From Candidatus Limnocylindrus sp. ZSMar2m-chloro-G89 (lineage in GTDB: Bacteria; Chloroflexota; Limnocylindria; Limnocylindrales; Limnocylindraceae): a stretch of DNA of 52,017 nt. A program made the position numbers and the translations under genes. Shown in pieces: positions 51,231 through 52,017 of the stretch. The stretch spans positions 39,817 to 91,833 of the forward strand of contig QWRJ01000001.1 in assembly GCA_003670475.1 (NCBI GenBank). The letters are read 5' to 3'. How positions within the stretch are numbered: the stretch's first letter is position 1; every line of letters starts with the position of its first letter. The notes beneath the pieces were generated by a model that was not told where the DNA came from, made no database searches, and saw only the letters and a program-made list of their open reading frames with translations.

Positions 51231-52017
51231 ACTCCCAGAAGTTGAGACGGTTGCGCGTGACCTTGCGAAGATGGTCGCAGGTGCGAGAGTCAACGCGGGA
51301 CGAATCATTCGCGCGGCGAATCTCAGCACGCCAGATCCAACCACCTTCTCGCGTGCGATCGCTGGTCGACGCATTGAAGGGGTGCGACGCAGGGCGAAGT
51401 GGATCCTGGTCGATCTGGAAGGGGGACTCATCCTGATGGTGCACCTGCGCATGACCGGTCAACTCTTGGTGCTTCCTCGTGCTGCAGCAATCGATCCGTA
51501 CATTCGGGCGATCTTGACGCTCGCTGATGGGCGTGAAATCCGCTTCCGTGACGTCCGCGCCTTCGGTCGACTCGCCCTTGTTGCGCGCCGAGATGATGGC
51601 GCCCCCGCCGCTTCGCTCGATCCCGCCGATGACGCAGCGCTAAGCGACCACGGACCTGAGCCACTGGAGGTGACCTTCACCGTCGCCGCCTTCAAGGCGA
51701 TGCTTGCGCCGCGACGCGGACGGCTGAAGAGCCTCCTCCTTGATCAGCGCTTCCTTGCCGGTCTCGGCAACATCTATGTTGATGAGGCGCTCTGGCGTGC
51801 GCAGCTTCATCCGCTCGCCGTTGCGGCGGCGCTGCGCCCAGCAGAGGTTGCGCTGCTCCATGCCGCAATCGTGGGCGTGCTGAGTGAGGCCGTAGCGGCA
51901 CGCGGCTCATCCATTGATGACTACACGGGACCAGATGGGGACGGGAGCATGCAAGAGCGACTCGCCGTCTATCAGCGTGGTGGCGAACCGTGCCTTCGCT
52001 GTGCTCGTCCGATTCGT
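51223..52017 (+). CDS. mutM: formamidopyrimidine-DNA glycosylase (3' end outside window)
   Basis: A GTG start followed by PELPEVETV (catalytic N-terminal Pro after Met removal), H2TH motif LLDQRFLAGLGNIYVDEAL, and the start of the zinc finger CLRC at the window edge. The frame is open to nt 52017. 8-nt overlap with polA. Confidence 0.9.
   Translation, partial: MPELPEVETVARDLAKMVAGARVNAGRIIRAANLSTPDPTTFSRAIAGRRIEGVRRRAKWILVDLEGGLILMVHLRMTGQLLVLPRAAAIDPYIRAILTLADGREIRFRDVRAFGRLALVARRDDGAPAASLDPADDAALSDHGPEPLEVTFTVAAFKAMLAPRRGRLKSLLLDQRFLAGLGNIYVDEALWRAQLHPLAVAAALRPAEVALLHAAIVGVLSEAVAARGSSIDDYTGPDGDGSMQERLAVYQRGGEPCLRCARPIR

Overview
This is a 52-kb, high-GC (roughly two-thirds G+C by eye), very gene-dense stretch of bacterial core chromosome. 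Many neighbouring genes are coupled by ATGA/GTGA/TGATG overlaps.

Contents in order:
- a partial MBL-fold hydrolase
- an RNase P RNA gene, invisible to the ORF track
- a division/cell-wall (dcw) cluster: mraZ-rsmH-ftsL(like)-ftsI-murF-mraY-murD-ftsW-murG-murB-ddl-ftsQ-ftsA-ftsZ, followed by yggS-yggT
- tRNA-Val(CAC)
- acnA (minus strand)
- NUDIX-gcvT-gcvH plus an orphan family-5 solute-binding lipoprotein
- nadE, rsmI, ssb (minus strand), metG-tatD
- CIRCE-groES-groEL
- pcrA-ligA
- gatC-gatA-aminotransferase-gatB plus a small membrane protein
- a CoA-binding protein (minus strand), dnaE, a UbiA-family prenyltransferase
- a small ORF and two tandem tRNA-Leu genes (minus strand)
- an ECF sigma factor with a downstream membrane protein
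- polA and the 5' part of mutM

I found no CRISPR array, IS element, integrase, toxin-antitoxin pair or defence-like gene. I do not see a convincing new multi-gene system; this looks like an ordinary housekeeping region.

The observations most worth a second look:
1. A recurrent TAnnnT box lies exactly 6 nt upstream of SD-less start codons at pcrA, gatC, dnaE, the CoA-binding gene, the UbiA gene and polA. The same box sits 5-9 nt upstream of the mature 5' ends of rnpB, tRNA-Val and tRNA-Leu. This suggests widespread leaderless transcription, including a 33-bp divergent region with two back-to-back boxes.
2. A phased GTGG-repeat array (candidate MraZ operator) overlaps a good mraZ promoter.
3. 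The MetRS in the conserved housekeeping position has a non-canonical HIGH signature.
4. An aminotransferase is translationally coupled inside gatCAB.
5. The dcw cluster lacks murE and murC.
6. The CIRCE element appears to contain its own promoter and is preceded by a perfect 21-bp palindrome.

All functional calls come from motif recognition by eye. No database search or folding program was run.
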